Below, piece after piece: positions 28,023 through 37,573 of a stretch of DNA of 64,000 nucleotides (its first letter is position 1; each line of letters opens with the position of its first letter). This stretch comes from a virus. Lineage: Duplodnaviria; Caudoviricetes. A program made the translations under genes and the position numbers. Under the pieces are notes generated by a model. That model worked only from the letters and a program-made list of their open reading frames with translations, searched no databases and had not been told where the DNA came from. The stretch lies in IMG/VR virus record IMGVR_UViG_3300032138_000013, positions 561 through 64,560 of that record. The stretch is one strand, 5' to 3'.

Positions 28023-30452
28023 ATGGGCGGCGAGTTTTCATGGGTCTATATTGACAGAGACACATATATGTCCGCTAGCGGTCCAACCGGCTCTATTCAA
28101 TTTAGGACCGGCGATGAAACCATTGATGGGTTCAAATATACCACATTAACTGGAAGCTCCAGATTTGTGTATGTTACAAGTTCTAATTCTTTACAATTCC
28201 ATGGCGATGTCAATATCACAGGAAACTTGAATATTGACGGCAGTCTTATATCCCTATCGTCCAGCAATTTAATTATTCAAGACCCAGCAATTGGTCTTGC
28301 TTTCGGCACCGGCAGCGCTCACACAGGAGCAGTAGGTGATCGTGGGTTTGTCTTTGGTCTTGCTGGTAATAATAACCAAGCTTTGATTTGGGATCAAACC
28401 TCTGGAAGCTTTATTCTTGGTAAAACGGGAGCAACGGGTCCAACAGAAACAGTCTTTGACATTCCTTTTGCAGATTATAGCACTCTTAAATTATCTAAAT
28501 TACAATTTATCCAAGACCTTTCTGGGTCTGGTCGTCTGTTTGGTACTGGGATTGAGACAAGTGGGCATCTTGGAGCTTCAGGGTCCATTAAAAACGGGTC
28601 TTTCGTTTCAAGCTCAGGAGAGATTTATGGAACGAATTTGCGTACAAGTGGACAAACTGCTTTATCTGGTACATTAATTACTAGTGGGAATGTTCATCTT
28701 GGTGATATCAAAAAGTTATATTTTGGAGCAAATGAACTTGCCCTTATCGAGTACGACGAGGGAGCCAGAGATGTTTTAGTTATTTCTGGTTCTCTCGCTC
28801 GCGGTATTGAAATAAGTGGCTCTGCGATATTTGTTGATGCCCTAAGTGTTACAAGTGGAAACATTGCTGGTCCAAATAGTTATATCTCTTTAGCCAGCGA
28901 TGGGAAGCTTGTGTTGGCAGATGCCGACACAGGGGAACCAGGCGGCAACAATACTAATATTCAATTTAATAATGGAGGAGCCTTTGGCGGCACAGATGCC
29001 TTTACCGTTCAAAACATGCTTGGAGGGGCTGGTGGAACATATGTAAAGCTCACTGGGTCAATCTCAGGGTCGGGCGAAGTCAAAGCGGGAAGCCTAAGCA
29101 CCAGTGGACAACTTACTTTAACTGGATCCTTGTCTAGTTCTGGTGAGATTTTTGGCACGGCTTTGATAACAAGCGACACCATCCAAGTTAGTGGGGCAGT
29201 CAAAAATAAAGCCTTCATCTCAAGTTCCGGTGAAATCTTTGCCACTAACGGCTTAAGGACGAGCGGCGTAATCGCAGCAACCGGAGCACTGACCGCCGGT
29301 CCCATTCTCTCGGCTGGGGCTACAAGTATGGGAACCTTGAGTGTTGGTGATCTTTCAGGCTCAGCCCGCCTTTTTGGTCAAGGAATTGAGACGAGTGGAC
29401 ACCTTGGAGTTTCAGGCTCAATTTTTAACGGCTCTTTTATATCAAGCTCTGGTGAGATCTTTGGAGCAGCACTAAGAACAAGTGCTGGGGTAAATGTCTC
29501 AGGAGCTATTAGAAATAATACTATTATTTCAAGCTCAGCGGAAGTCTCCGGCGATTCGCTACGAACTAGTGGTATTACATTAGTTACCGGCTCTATCAAG
29601 ACATTATCTTTTATATCAAGTTCAGCAACGGTCTTTGGGCAGAGTTTAGTAACCAGTGGAGAACTTCTTGCATCAGGCTCAGTTAAAAATAGTTCTTTCA
29701 TATCCGCCTCTGGTGAGGTATTTGCCGCAGGCGGGCTAAGAACAAGTGGACCACTGTCTGTTACTGGCTCTACTGTTCTTAAAGATGAAACCTTAATACA
29801 AGACGATCTTGTTGTAGAAGACTCCGTAAGGTTAACTGGCTCTCTTACTGTGATGAGTGGAGCGGTCCCAGTTTTTGAAACCGATGGCGAGGAACACGAT
29901 GGCACTGGTGTGCTTCAGGGTCGTTCCCGAGGTAGGTTCTTACAAATGCAATCTTTCGCTTGGCCGCTCACAAACACAAGCCAAGCGGCGGCTGGAAGAT
30001 TTTTACCTATGTCTAATAATTCATATGGAACGGTCGCATCCTCCACGAGCATTCAAAGTACCGCTGTCCAACCATTTGCTGGTAGATTAGTAAAGGTTAT
30101 TTATAAGTTTCCCGGTACCACTGACGGAACACCCCCTCAGTTACAATTTTGGGCAGGACATGTTAATGAACAAAACGGAGTGCCCGTTGGCGATCTTGAT
30201 GGTGGTGGCACCACTAGTTTTATTATACAAGCTCAAGCCACAGCCAGCACCCACCCCGGCGTTTCCATTGTTGGAGCGTTTGATCTTACAAGCACTTTCC
30301 AAGCAACAGGCAGTTTTTCTTTTGGCACAGGATCTTTAGTTGCTATCGAAATATTAATACCAGGCGGTTCGAGCCACATGGGATATGCGAATGTCACAAC
30401 TGTATTTGAATATGATACGTTTAACGAATATTTTACTGGATCTGGTAATTAG
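28023..30452 (+). CDS. Fibre-like beta-repeat protein 2 of 3
   Basis: Colinear paralog of 25503..27950. Confidence 0.7.
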   Translation: MGGEFSWVYIDRDTYMSASGPTGSIQFRTGDETIDGFKYTTLTGSSRFVYVTSSNSLQFHGDVNITGNLNIDGSLISLSSSNLIIQDPAIGLAFGTGSAHTGAVGDRGFVFGLAGNNNQALIWDQTSGSFILGKTGATGPTETVFDIPFADYSTLKLSKLQFIQDLSGSGRLFGTGIETSGHLGASGSIKNGSFVSSSGEIYGTNLRTSGQTALSGTLITSGNVHLGDIKKLYFGANELALIEYDEGARDVLVISGSLARGIEISGSAIFVDALSVTSGNIAGPNSYISLASDGKLVLADADTGEPGGNNTNIQFNNGGAFGGTDAFTVQNMLGGAGGTYVKLTGSISGSGEVKAGSLSTSGQLTLTGSLSSSGEIFGTALITSDTIQVSGAVKNKAFISSSGEIFATNGLRTSGVIAATGALTAGPILSAGATSMGTLSVGDLSGSARLFGQGIETSGHLGVSGSIFNGSFISSSGEIFGAALRTSAGVNVSGAIRNNTIISSSAEVSGDSLRTSGITLVTGSIKTLSFISSSATVFGQSLVTSGELLASGSVKNSSFISASGEVFAAGGLRTSGPLSVTGSTVLKDETLIQDDLVVEDSVRLTGSLTVMSGAVPVFETDGEEHDGTGVLQGRSRGRFLQMQSFAWPLTNTSQAAAGRFLPMSNNSYGTVASSTSIQSTAVQPFAGRLVKVIYKFPGTTDGTPPQLQFWAGHVNEQNGVPVGDLDGGGTTSFIIQAQATASTHPGVSIVGAFDLTSTFQATGSFSFGTGSLVAIEILIPGGSSHMGYANVTTVFEYDTFNEYFTGSGN

Positions 30453-30478
30453 AATATGCATTTAAGGAATTTAATTTA

Positions 30479-32848
30479 ATGGCTAACTATAAATGGACAT
30501 ATATCGACGGCGATGTATTCATGTCGGGTAGTGGTCCAACCGGCTCTATTCAATATAGGGCAGGCGATGAAAATAATTCAACAAGAATAATAGGAAGTTC
30601 TAAACTTGTTTATGCCACCAGTTCTAACGCTATAGAGTTTGAGGGTGATATCAACATCACAGGAAATCTTTTTGTTGATGGTGACACCACATCAATATCT
30701 TCTAGTAATTTAGTGATTAAAGACCCTGTAATTGGAATTGGGTTTGGAACGGCAAGTGCTCACACAGGTGCTGTAGGTGATCGTGGGTTTGTTTTTGGTC
30801 TTGCTGGCAATAATAACCAAGCTTTGATTTGGGATCATAGTTCTGGCTCCTTTGTACTTGGAAAGGTAGGAGCAACAGGTCCAACACAAACAGCTTACAA
30901 TATTCCATTTGGCGACCTTGGCACACTTAGATTGGGCTCTTTGCGCGTCGGCGATCTTTCAGGCTCAGGGCGTCTGTTTGGCACTGGGATTGAGACAAGT
31001 GGACATCTTGCAGCTTCAGGAACAATCAGCAACAATTCTATTATATCAAGTTCGGGAGAGATCTTCTCAGCAGGCGGACTAAGGACCAGTGGGCAAGCTT
31101 CATTATCTGGCACCTTAATTGTTAGTGGCAACGTCCACATCGGCGATGATAAAAAGCTCTATCTTGGAGTTAATGAAGATGTCTTTATCCAATATGACGA
31201 AACGGGCAGAGATGTTTTAGTTATTTCTGGCTCTGCTACTCGCGGAATTGAATTAAGCGGCTCAGCAATTTTTGTAGATGCTAACACTATTGTAAGCGGC
31301 AATATGGCGGGACCAAACAGTTATCTTTCAATTGATACTGATGGCAAGTTTGTATTAACAGGCACATTAGATGCAGACGCAGGCGGCACCGATCAGCATA
31401 TTCAGTTTAATGAGTCAGATGCGTTCGGAGGCAGCGCCAATTTTCTTTGGGATGACACAAATGTAAGGGTGATTGGACATGTTTCAGGCTCGGGAAACAT
31501 TCACGCAGGTAATATAATTACCAGTGGCGATTTTGATATAACTGGTTCATTATCTGGATCTAGTGAACTTTTCGGAACTTCTTTGGCAACAAGTCAGTTT
31601 GTCCAAGCCAGTGGAGCAATCAAAAATAAATCCTTTATCTCAAGCTCTGGTGAAGTCTTTGCTGTGGGTGGTTTAAGAACAAGTGGCGATATTATTGCCA
31701 CTGGAACACTTGCCAGTGCAGGTATCACTTCGACTGGGGCTTCCAATATGGGGGCTTTAAGGGTTGGTGATCTTTCAGGCTCAGGGCGTCTCTTTGGCAA
31801 AGGAATTGAAACCAGCGGTCATCTTGGTGTTTCAGGCTCAATTAGAAGCGGATTGATTGTTTCTTCCTCTGGTGAAGTATTTTCTGTTGGAGGTCTAAGG
31901 ACAAGTGGCTTGCTCCAAGTTACTGGTACAATTAAAAACACCTCTTTCATATCAAGCTCTGGAGAGATCTTCGGCGCAGTCATAACAACCAGTGGACCCT
32001 TTCAAGCTAGCGGCTCTATAGAGAGTGAATATTTTATATCAAGCTCTGCTAATGTTTTTGGACAAACCTTAGAAACAAGCGGCGATGCAATAATATCGGG
32101 CAATATCAAAAATAAATCCTTTATCTCAAGTTCAGGCGAAGTGTTTGGTGGAAATCTTAGAACAAGTGGTGGGCTGTCTGTTACCGGATCTACACTTTTA
32201 AAAGACGAGACTTTAATACTAGACGATCTTGTTATAGAAGACGATGTAATCTTGACAGGTTCGCTTGTTGTAATGAGTGGAACTACCAAAGTTCTTGAAG
32301 TGGATGGAGAAGACCATGATGGCACGGGCGTCCTTTTGGGACGAACCCGAGGCAGGTTTACACAAAACTTTTATTCAAATATGCAGTACACCAGCCACGC
32401 TGCCGAAGCAATGGCATTTATAGCACTTAGTCAAAACGTTTATGGCAATAAATCTGCACAACAAACAATTAGTTATTCAAATGCGATGATTATGCCATAC
32501 AGCGGCAGATTGGTTAAGTGTATGTTTAGAGTCGCTGAAAGCATGTCCGGCGCTTTCCCTAAATTACAATTTTGGGTAGGATCAATAAACGATGCTAATG
32601 GCACTGTCGCCACCGATGCTTGCACTATGATCGGTCAAAGCACTGCAAGTAGCAATCCGGGTCAAGATGTTGTTGGTTCTTTGGACCTAACTACACCGTT
32701 CCATACAACAGGAAGTTTTTCGTTTGGAACAGGATCAATAGTGGCAATAGAATTCGGCGGAGCAGGTGAAGACATAGACTACCTTCACTTCACAGCCGTA
32801 TTTGAATTTAATACATTAGATGAGTTTATAACCGGCTCTGGTAACTAA
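30479..32848 (+). CDS. Fibre-like beta-repeat protein 3 of 3
   Basis: Colinear paralog of the two upstream genes. Confidence 0.7.
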   Translation: MANYKWTYIDGDVFMSGSGPTGSIQYRAGDENNSTRIIGSSKLVYATSSNAIEFEGDINITGNLFVDGDTTSISSSNLVIKDPVIGIGFGTASAHTGAVGDRGFVFGLAGNNNQALIWDHSSGSFVLGKVGATGPTQTAYNIPFGDLGTLRLGSLRVGDLSGSGRLFGTGIETSGHLAASGTISNNSIISSSGEIFSAGGLRTSGQASLSGTLIVSGNVHIGDDKKLYLGVNEDVFIQYDETGRDVLVISGSATRGIELSGSAIFVDANTIVSGNMAGPNSYLSIDTDGKFVLTGTLDADAGGTDQHIQFNESDAFGGSANFLWDDTNVRVIGHVSGSGNIHAGNIITSGDFDITGSLSGSSELFGTSLATSQFVQASGAIKNKSFISSSGEVFAVGGLRTSGDIIATGTLASAGITSTGASNMGALRVGDLSGSGRLFGKGIETSGHLGVSGSIRSGLIVSSSGEVFSVGGLRTSGLLQVTGTIKNTSFISSSGEIFGAVITTSGPFQASGSIESEYFISSSANVFGQTLETSGDAIISGNIKNKSFISSSGEVFGGNLRTSGGLSVTGSTLLKDETLILDDLVIEDDVILTGSLVVMSGTTKVLEVDGEDHDGTGVLLGRTRGRFTQNFYSNMQYTSHAAEAMAFIALSQNVYGNKSAQQTISYSNAMIMPYSGRLVKCMFRVAESMSGAFPKLQFWVGSINDANGTVATDACTMIGQSTASSNPGQDVVGSLDLTTPFHTTGSFSFGTGSIVAIEFGGAGEDIDYLHFTAVFEFNTLDEFITGSGN

Positions 32849-32864
32849 ACAATATTATCTGGCA

Positions 32865-32895
32865 TTTAAGCTTTTACAACACTATTTATTTACGA
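32865..32895 (+). promoter_or_regulatory. Putative late promoter for scaffold and capsid genes
   Basis: TTT-N13-ACTATTTA; the 15-mer ACTATTTATTTACGA (32881-95) recurs exactly upstream of the sheath gene (38483-97). Confidence 0.6.
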
Positions 32896-32923
32896 CTAAA
32901 TATATTTTATGGAGTAATAATCT

Positions 32924-33904
32924 ATGTCCACCTTGTTAGAACAAGCAATTGTCGATGCCGAGGCTTTGAAAGAAGCCGCAATGAAAAATGCGGAAGCTTC
33001 GATCATTGAAAAATATTCCTCTGAAGTGCGAGCCGCCGTTGACTCTCTTCTGGAACAAGAAGAAGAAGCTTTAGAAGAAGAATCTGAGGAAAGCCCAGTT
33101 ATGGATGAAGTTCCTTATGCAGTCGAAGAGGGTGATGAACCCATTATGGTTCGACTAGATCTTGAGGCTTTAGAACGCGCTCTGGGAGAAGAAGAGGAAG
33201 TTGTTGAAGAAACTCACGAAGAACTCGCTGATACTCTTGAGGAAGAAATCGAGGAAGCTCTTGAGGCTGAAGGCGCTGACGGTGATGAAGACCTTGACAT
33301 AAGTGAAGATCTCATCAATGCCTTGGCAGAAGAGCTTGCAGAAGAACTCAAGGTTGATTTAACCGTCCCAGACCAAGGTCTTGGTGGTCGTTCAACTCCA
33401 ACGGCTAGAAATTTACAAGGACAGGAAGTTCAACTTGCTGCAATCAAAGACGACGAACTCGCAGAAGAGCACGAAGCTTTAGAGAAGGCAAGAGAAGAGG
33501 CTGGCATGTTCGCTGAACAAATTGAAGCCCTTACTTCAGAAAAGTCCAATTTAGAAAAAACAGTTTTACATCTTAAGGGGCGATTGGAAGAAATTAATCT
33601 TTCAAACGCTCGTTTACTTTATACAAATCGGGTGTTAAATAGCACCTCCTTGAATGAGCGACAAAAAACAAGAATTGTCGAGTCTATATCAAATGCCGAT
33701 TCTGTAGAAGAGGCGAAGGTAATTTATGAAACCCTTCAAAGCGCAGTGGGAGAAACTAGAAATAGCAAATCTCCGCAATCACTTCACGAAGCAGTTCAAA
33801 GACCATCGCCAACACTCCCTCGTAAGAGAGGGGCAAAAGCTCAAAATTCGCATTTTGATAGAATGAGAGCATTAGCAGGCATAAATATAAAAGGAGATAA
33901 TTAA
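32924..33904 (+). CDS. gp22: Prohead core scaffold protein (T4 gp22-like)
   Basis: Very acidic coiled-coil protein directly upstream of the major capsid gene; many L-x-E sites. Confidence 0.75.
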   Translation: MSTLLEQAIVDAEALKEAAMKNAEASIIEKYSSEVRAAVDSLLEQEEEALEEESEESPVMDEVPYAVEEGDEPIMVRLDLEALERALGEEEEVVEETHEELADTLEEEIEEALEAEGADGDEDLDISEDLINALAEELAEELKVDLTVPDQGLGGRSTPTARNLQGQEVQLAAIKDDELAEEHEALEKAREEAGMFAEQIEALTSEKSNLEKTVLHLKGRLEEINLSNARLLYTNRVLNSTSLNERQKTRIVESISNADSVEEAKVIYETLQSAVGETRNSKSPQSLHEAVQRPSPTLPRKRGAKAQNSHFDRMRALAGINIKGDN

Positions 33905-33906
33905 AA

Positions 33907-35673
33907 ATGTCCGTATTAGATAAATTAACAGAAGGTATCGTCGATAGAGATCTTTCGAAAGAAGGTGCAGCCCTCATGAATAAATGGGAACGCACTGGAC
34001 TTCTTGAAGGTCTTGATAACGATCGTACCCGTAATAGCATGGCTCGTCTTTTAGAGAACCAAGCTAAGGAGCTTCTTCGTGAAAGTTCTTCAATGGCATC
34101 AGGTGATGTCGAAGGTTTCGCAGCAGTTGCTTTCCCAATCGTCCGTCGTGTATTCGGCGGCTTGATCGCAAACGATCTCGTTTCCGTTCAACCAATGAGC
34201 CTCCCAAGTGGACTCATTTTCTTCCTTGACTTTACAGTTTCTAACGATACTGGTCGTCGTCTTGGATATGATTCCGCCGAGTCACTTTATGGTGGTGGAG
34301 CAGTTGCCGCTCAGATTACTGGCGGTGTTGCCCTTACAGGTAATGATGCAGAGTCTTCGTTCTACAACTTGAACAATAGTTACTCTTCACCAACTGGTTC
34401 TACAACTCACACCTTCTTGCCAGTTCTTTCTGGTACATTCGGTGGAGCTTCCACTGATAGACTCGGAAACGGAGCAATCGCAGGTCTTATGGACAAGATT
34501 TGTCGTTTCGACCCAGCACTTACTTCTGGTTCGACGGCTGTTCTTGTTGGTCAGCTTGCTGTGCCCTCACAGCTTAACAAGGACGATCTTGTTGGCGTTG
34601 AGCTTCAAACACACTTAGGTGTTGCAATTACTGGCTCTGAGGGTCTTCAATTGCGTCGTTTGACTGCTTATTCCGGTTCGCAGACGAACAATGGTTACTG
34701 GCAAGCAGGCGATCCAAAAAATCACCTTCTTTGTGTTATTGCTTCTGATACCAGAACAGTTGCACAATTGTCGGCATCTTTTGCTCACTCTCCAATGCAG
34801 GTTGAGTACCCACTCACTGATGACTTCATCGCTGGTGGTGTTGTCGGATCCGTAATTGGTGATGACCTGTGGGGTGCTGAGAATGCGGCTGCTGCTGTCA
34901 AGGCAACATCTGGTGTCATCCCAGAGATTGACATCAAGGTTGATTCTGTAAGTATTACAGCAATGACCAAGAAGCTTAAGGCTAAATGGACGCCAGAGTT
35001 GGGACAGGATCTTAATGCCTATCACAACCTCGACGCCGAAGTTGAGCTTACTAGTATTCTTTCTGAGCAGATTGCGCTTGAGATTGATAAGGAAATCCTT
35101 AACGATCTTGTTCGTGGTGCTACTGCCGGTAAATATTACTGGTCGCGTCACGCTGGTAAATTCGTAAACAGAACCACTGGTCAAGAAGTTGGTGCTACTA
35201 CAGCAACACCTGACTTCACCGGAACTGTTTCCGAGTGGTATGAGACTCTTGTTGAGACAATCAACGATGTCTCGGCGCAAATCCATCGCAAGACACTCCG
35301 TGGCGGAGCTAACTTCATCGTCGTTGGACCTGAAGTTGCTAACGTCCTTGAGTTTACTGCCGGATTCCGTGCTAGTGTAACCGCAGACGCTGATCGCGGC
35401 ACCGTTGGTGCTGTCAAGACCGGCGCTCTCTCTAAGAAGTGGGACGTTTATGTCGATCCTTACTTCCCTCGCAACGTCATTCTTGTCGGTCGCAAGGGTG
35501 GTTCCTTCTTGGAAAGTGGATACGTCTACGCACCATATGTGCCCCTGCAAGTCACTCCAACTATCTTTGGAACCGAAGACTTCGTGCCCCGCAAGGGAGT
35601 CATGACACGCTACGGTAAGAAGATGGTACGTCCTGACATGTATGGATTGGTCATCGTGCTTGACCTCGTTTAA
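33907..35673 (+). CDS. gp23: Major capsid protein (T4 gp23-like)
   Basis: VSVQPMSLPSGLIFFLDF; KLKAKWTPELGQDLNAYH; EIDKEI; YAPYVPLQ; GVMTRYG; strong codon bias. Confidence 0.95.
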   Translation: MSVLDKLTEGIVDRDLSKEGAALMNKWERTGLLEGLDNDRTRNSMARLLENQAKELLRESSSMASGDVEGFAAVAFPIVRRVFGGLIANDLVSVQPMSLPSGLIFFLDFTVSNDTGRRLGYDSAESLYGGGAVAAQITGGVALTGNDAESSFYNLNNSYSSPTGSTTHTFLPVLSGTFGGASTDRLGNGAIAGLMDKICRFDPALTSGSTAVLVGQLAVPSQLNKDDLVGVELQTHLGVAITGSEGLQLRRLTAYSGSQTNNGYWQAGDPKNHLLCVIASDTRTVAQLSASFAHSPMQVEYPLTDDFIAGGVVGSVIGDDLWGAENAAAAVKATSGVIPEIDIKVDSVSITAMTKKLKAKWTPELGQDLNAYHNLDAEVELTSILSEQIALEIDKEILNDLVRGATAGKYYWSRHAGKFVNRTTGQEVGATTATPDFTGTVSEWYETLVETINDVSAQIHRKTLRGGANFIVVGPEVANVLEFTAGFRASVTADADRGTVGAVKTGALSKKWDVYVDPYFPRNVILVGRKGGSFLESGYVYAPYVPLQVTPTIFGTEDFVPRKGVMTRYGKKMVRPDMYGLVIVLDLV

Positions 35674-35705
35674 TACAATTAAACGAACGGTAGTCTAAAA
35701 GAATT

Positions 35706-35737
35706 CCCTCGTCATGAAAATGGCGGGGGTTTTCTTT
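35706..35737 (+). terminator. Intrinsic terminator after the capsid gene
   Basis: CCCTCGTCAT-GAAA-ATGGCGGGGG stem (with G-U pairs) followed by TTTTCTTT. Confidence 0.8.
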
Positions 35738-35775
35738 ATGTCGTCAACTAATTAAGGAGAGGAGAATTATATTTA

Positions 35776-37065
35776 ATGGCAATACCCACTCTTACACCAG
35801 TTAGCACAGTTAGTGCTATTATCTTACCAGCAACAGGCTCTACAAGTTTTGTTGCCAGTAAATGTCCAATTGGCGTGTACACTGCCTCCGCTGACTTCTT
35901 GTCGGGAGCATCAGATCAAGTAGCCTATACATTTCAAAAGCTTGGCGGAGATATATTAGATATTGAGTTGACTACAGGCAGCGTCTATGCAGCCTATGAG
36001 GAAGCTGTATTAGAATATTCATATATTATTAATCTACATCAGTCCAAGAATGTGCTACCAGACTTTTTAGGTAGCACTACAGGGACATTTAATCATGATG
36101 GCGAATTACTCGATGGAGCGCTTTCTTCTAGTTTAAGTGGCACCCAGGTATCTCTCAAGTATCCTAAGTTTACATTTTCATATTCACAGAGAGTTTCTGA
36201 AGGGTTTTCAACACAAGCCGGACTTGGCGGAAACACAAGAATATATTCAGCTTCATTTAGGGCAACTGCCAGCGTTTCAGACTATGACCTACAATCAATC
36301 TTAAATAGCGCCAGTGTTAACAATGTTGATGTTGCAACCAGTGATGCTGTGCCATATAGTGGCTTAATTGATGGCAAAAAGATAATTATTGATAAGGTAT
36401 TTTATAAAACTCCTCATGCTATGTGGAGGTTCTTCGGATATTACGGAGGACTTAATACCGTTGGAAACCTAGCCAATTATGGACAGTATGCTGACGATTC
36501 AACGTTCCAATTAATTCCAACTTGGCAAAATAAGGCTCAAGCTATGGCGTTTGAAGACTCTATCTATACAAGAAACTCCCATTATTCCTATGAGCTTAAG
36601 GATAATATGTTGAGGATTTTTCCATCACCAGTTAATAATAGTCCAGGCTATTTTTGGTTTAATTTTAGAATTGCTGAGAACCCTTGGACAGAAAGCTCTG
36701 GTTCAGTAAGCGGAGTAGAAGGTATTAATAATATGAATACAATACCTTTCTCCAACATTCCATATCAAAATATTAACGCAATTGGTAAACAGTGGATTCG
36801 CAGGTTTGCTCTTGCCCTATGTAAAGAGACTTTAGGACAAGTACGTTCAAAATTTGCCTCTGTGCCAATCCCTGGTGAATCAGTGACATTAAATGGTTCA
36901 GCATTAATCAGCGAGGGCAGAGAGCGACAGCAGGCGCTTAGGGAAGAACTTAAAGATACGCTTGACCAATTAACATACCAAGCATTGGCAGCAAAAGATG
37001 CCTCGATATCCGACTCTGTGAATACAATAAACAAAAATGTACCAGCAGGTGTATTTGTTGGATAA
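35776..37065 (+). CDS. gp13: Neck/head-tail adaptor (T4 gp13-like)
   Basis: WIRRFALALCKETLGQVRSKF...PG..VTLNGSALISEGRERQQALREEL matches the gp13 C-terminal pattern. Confidence 0.8.
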   Translation: MAIPTLTPVSTVSAIILPATGSTSFVASKCPIGVYTASADFLSGASDQVAYTFQKLGGDILDIELTTGSVYAAYEEAVLEYSYIINLHQSKNVLPDFLGSTTGTFNHDGELLDGALSSSLSGTQVSLKYPKFTFSYSQRVSEGFSTQAGLGGNTRIYSASFRATASVSDYDLQSILNSASVNNVDVATSDAVPYSGLIDGKKIIIDKVFYKTPHAMWRFFGYYGGLNTVGNLANYGQYADDSTFQLIPTWQNKAQAMAFEDSIYTRNSHYSYELKDNMLRIFPSPVNNSPGYFWFNFRIAENPWTESSGSVSGVEGINNMNTIPFSNIPYQNINAIGKQWIRRFALALCKETLGQVRSKFASVPIPGESVTLNGSALISEGRERQQALREELKDTLDQLTYQALAAKDASISDSVNTINKNVPAGVFVG

Positions 37066-37078
37066 GGAAGGCTAACTA

Positions 37079-37573
37079 ATGTCAGACGATAGTAAGTGGT
37101 CACAACCCGATCAGCCCCCACCCCCTTTGTTTCTGGGCGAGAAAGAACGCAACCTTGTTAAGCAAGTCAATGACGAACTTATCGAGAGAGTTGTTGGACA
37201 ACAAGTTGTTTATTATCCTATTGATGATTCTATAACTCAATACAATGATCTTTATGGCGAGGCAGTAGAGAAGACATTCCTACCACCAGTTCGCGTCTAT
37301 GCTCTTGTTGATTACCAAAGCACGGAAACAAAAGCAGATACAGTTGCTGGTATGGATAAAACAAATACTATTACAATATACTTTCACAAGCGTAGACTTA
37401 TAGAAGACCAAGATTTATATGTCCGTGAAGGCGACTTTATATTATATGGCGATTATTATTACGAGATAGTCAGCACAGAATGGTCTAGACAATTGTTTGG
37501 TCAAATTGATCATACTTTTGAGATTGTTGCTACTTGCTATTATTCACGAGAGGGTTTGTTCGATGCCACCTGA
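37079..37573 (+). CDS. gp14: Neck protein (T4 gp14-like)
   Basis: ELIERVVGQQVVYYP...DLYGEAVEKTF; position after gp13. Confidence 0.7.
   Translation: MSDDSKWSQPDQPPPPLFLGEKERNLVKQVNDELIERVVGQQVVYYPIDDSITQYNDLYGEAVEKTFLPPVRVYALVDYQSTETKADTVAGMDKTNTITIYFHKRRLIEDQDLYVREGDFILYGDYYYEIVSTEWSRQLFGQIDHTFEIVATCYYSREGLFDAT

Noticed and set aside
25734-32325. Many minus-strand ORFs over the fibre genes, and other short overlapping ORFs throughout the track
   Set aside because: They are shadow frames of Ser/Gly/Thr-rich or biased sense genes, with no independent coding evidence.
25503-32848. Diversity-generating retroelement or invertible shufflon acting on the fibre tips
   Set aside because: No reverse transcriptase, adenine-specific template/variable repeat pair, invertase or inverted cassette is visible in this window.
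34615-35550. 311-aa minus-strand ORF
   Set aside because: It is antisense to the major capsid gene, has no motifs or start signals, and is explained by the strong codon bias of the sense gene.
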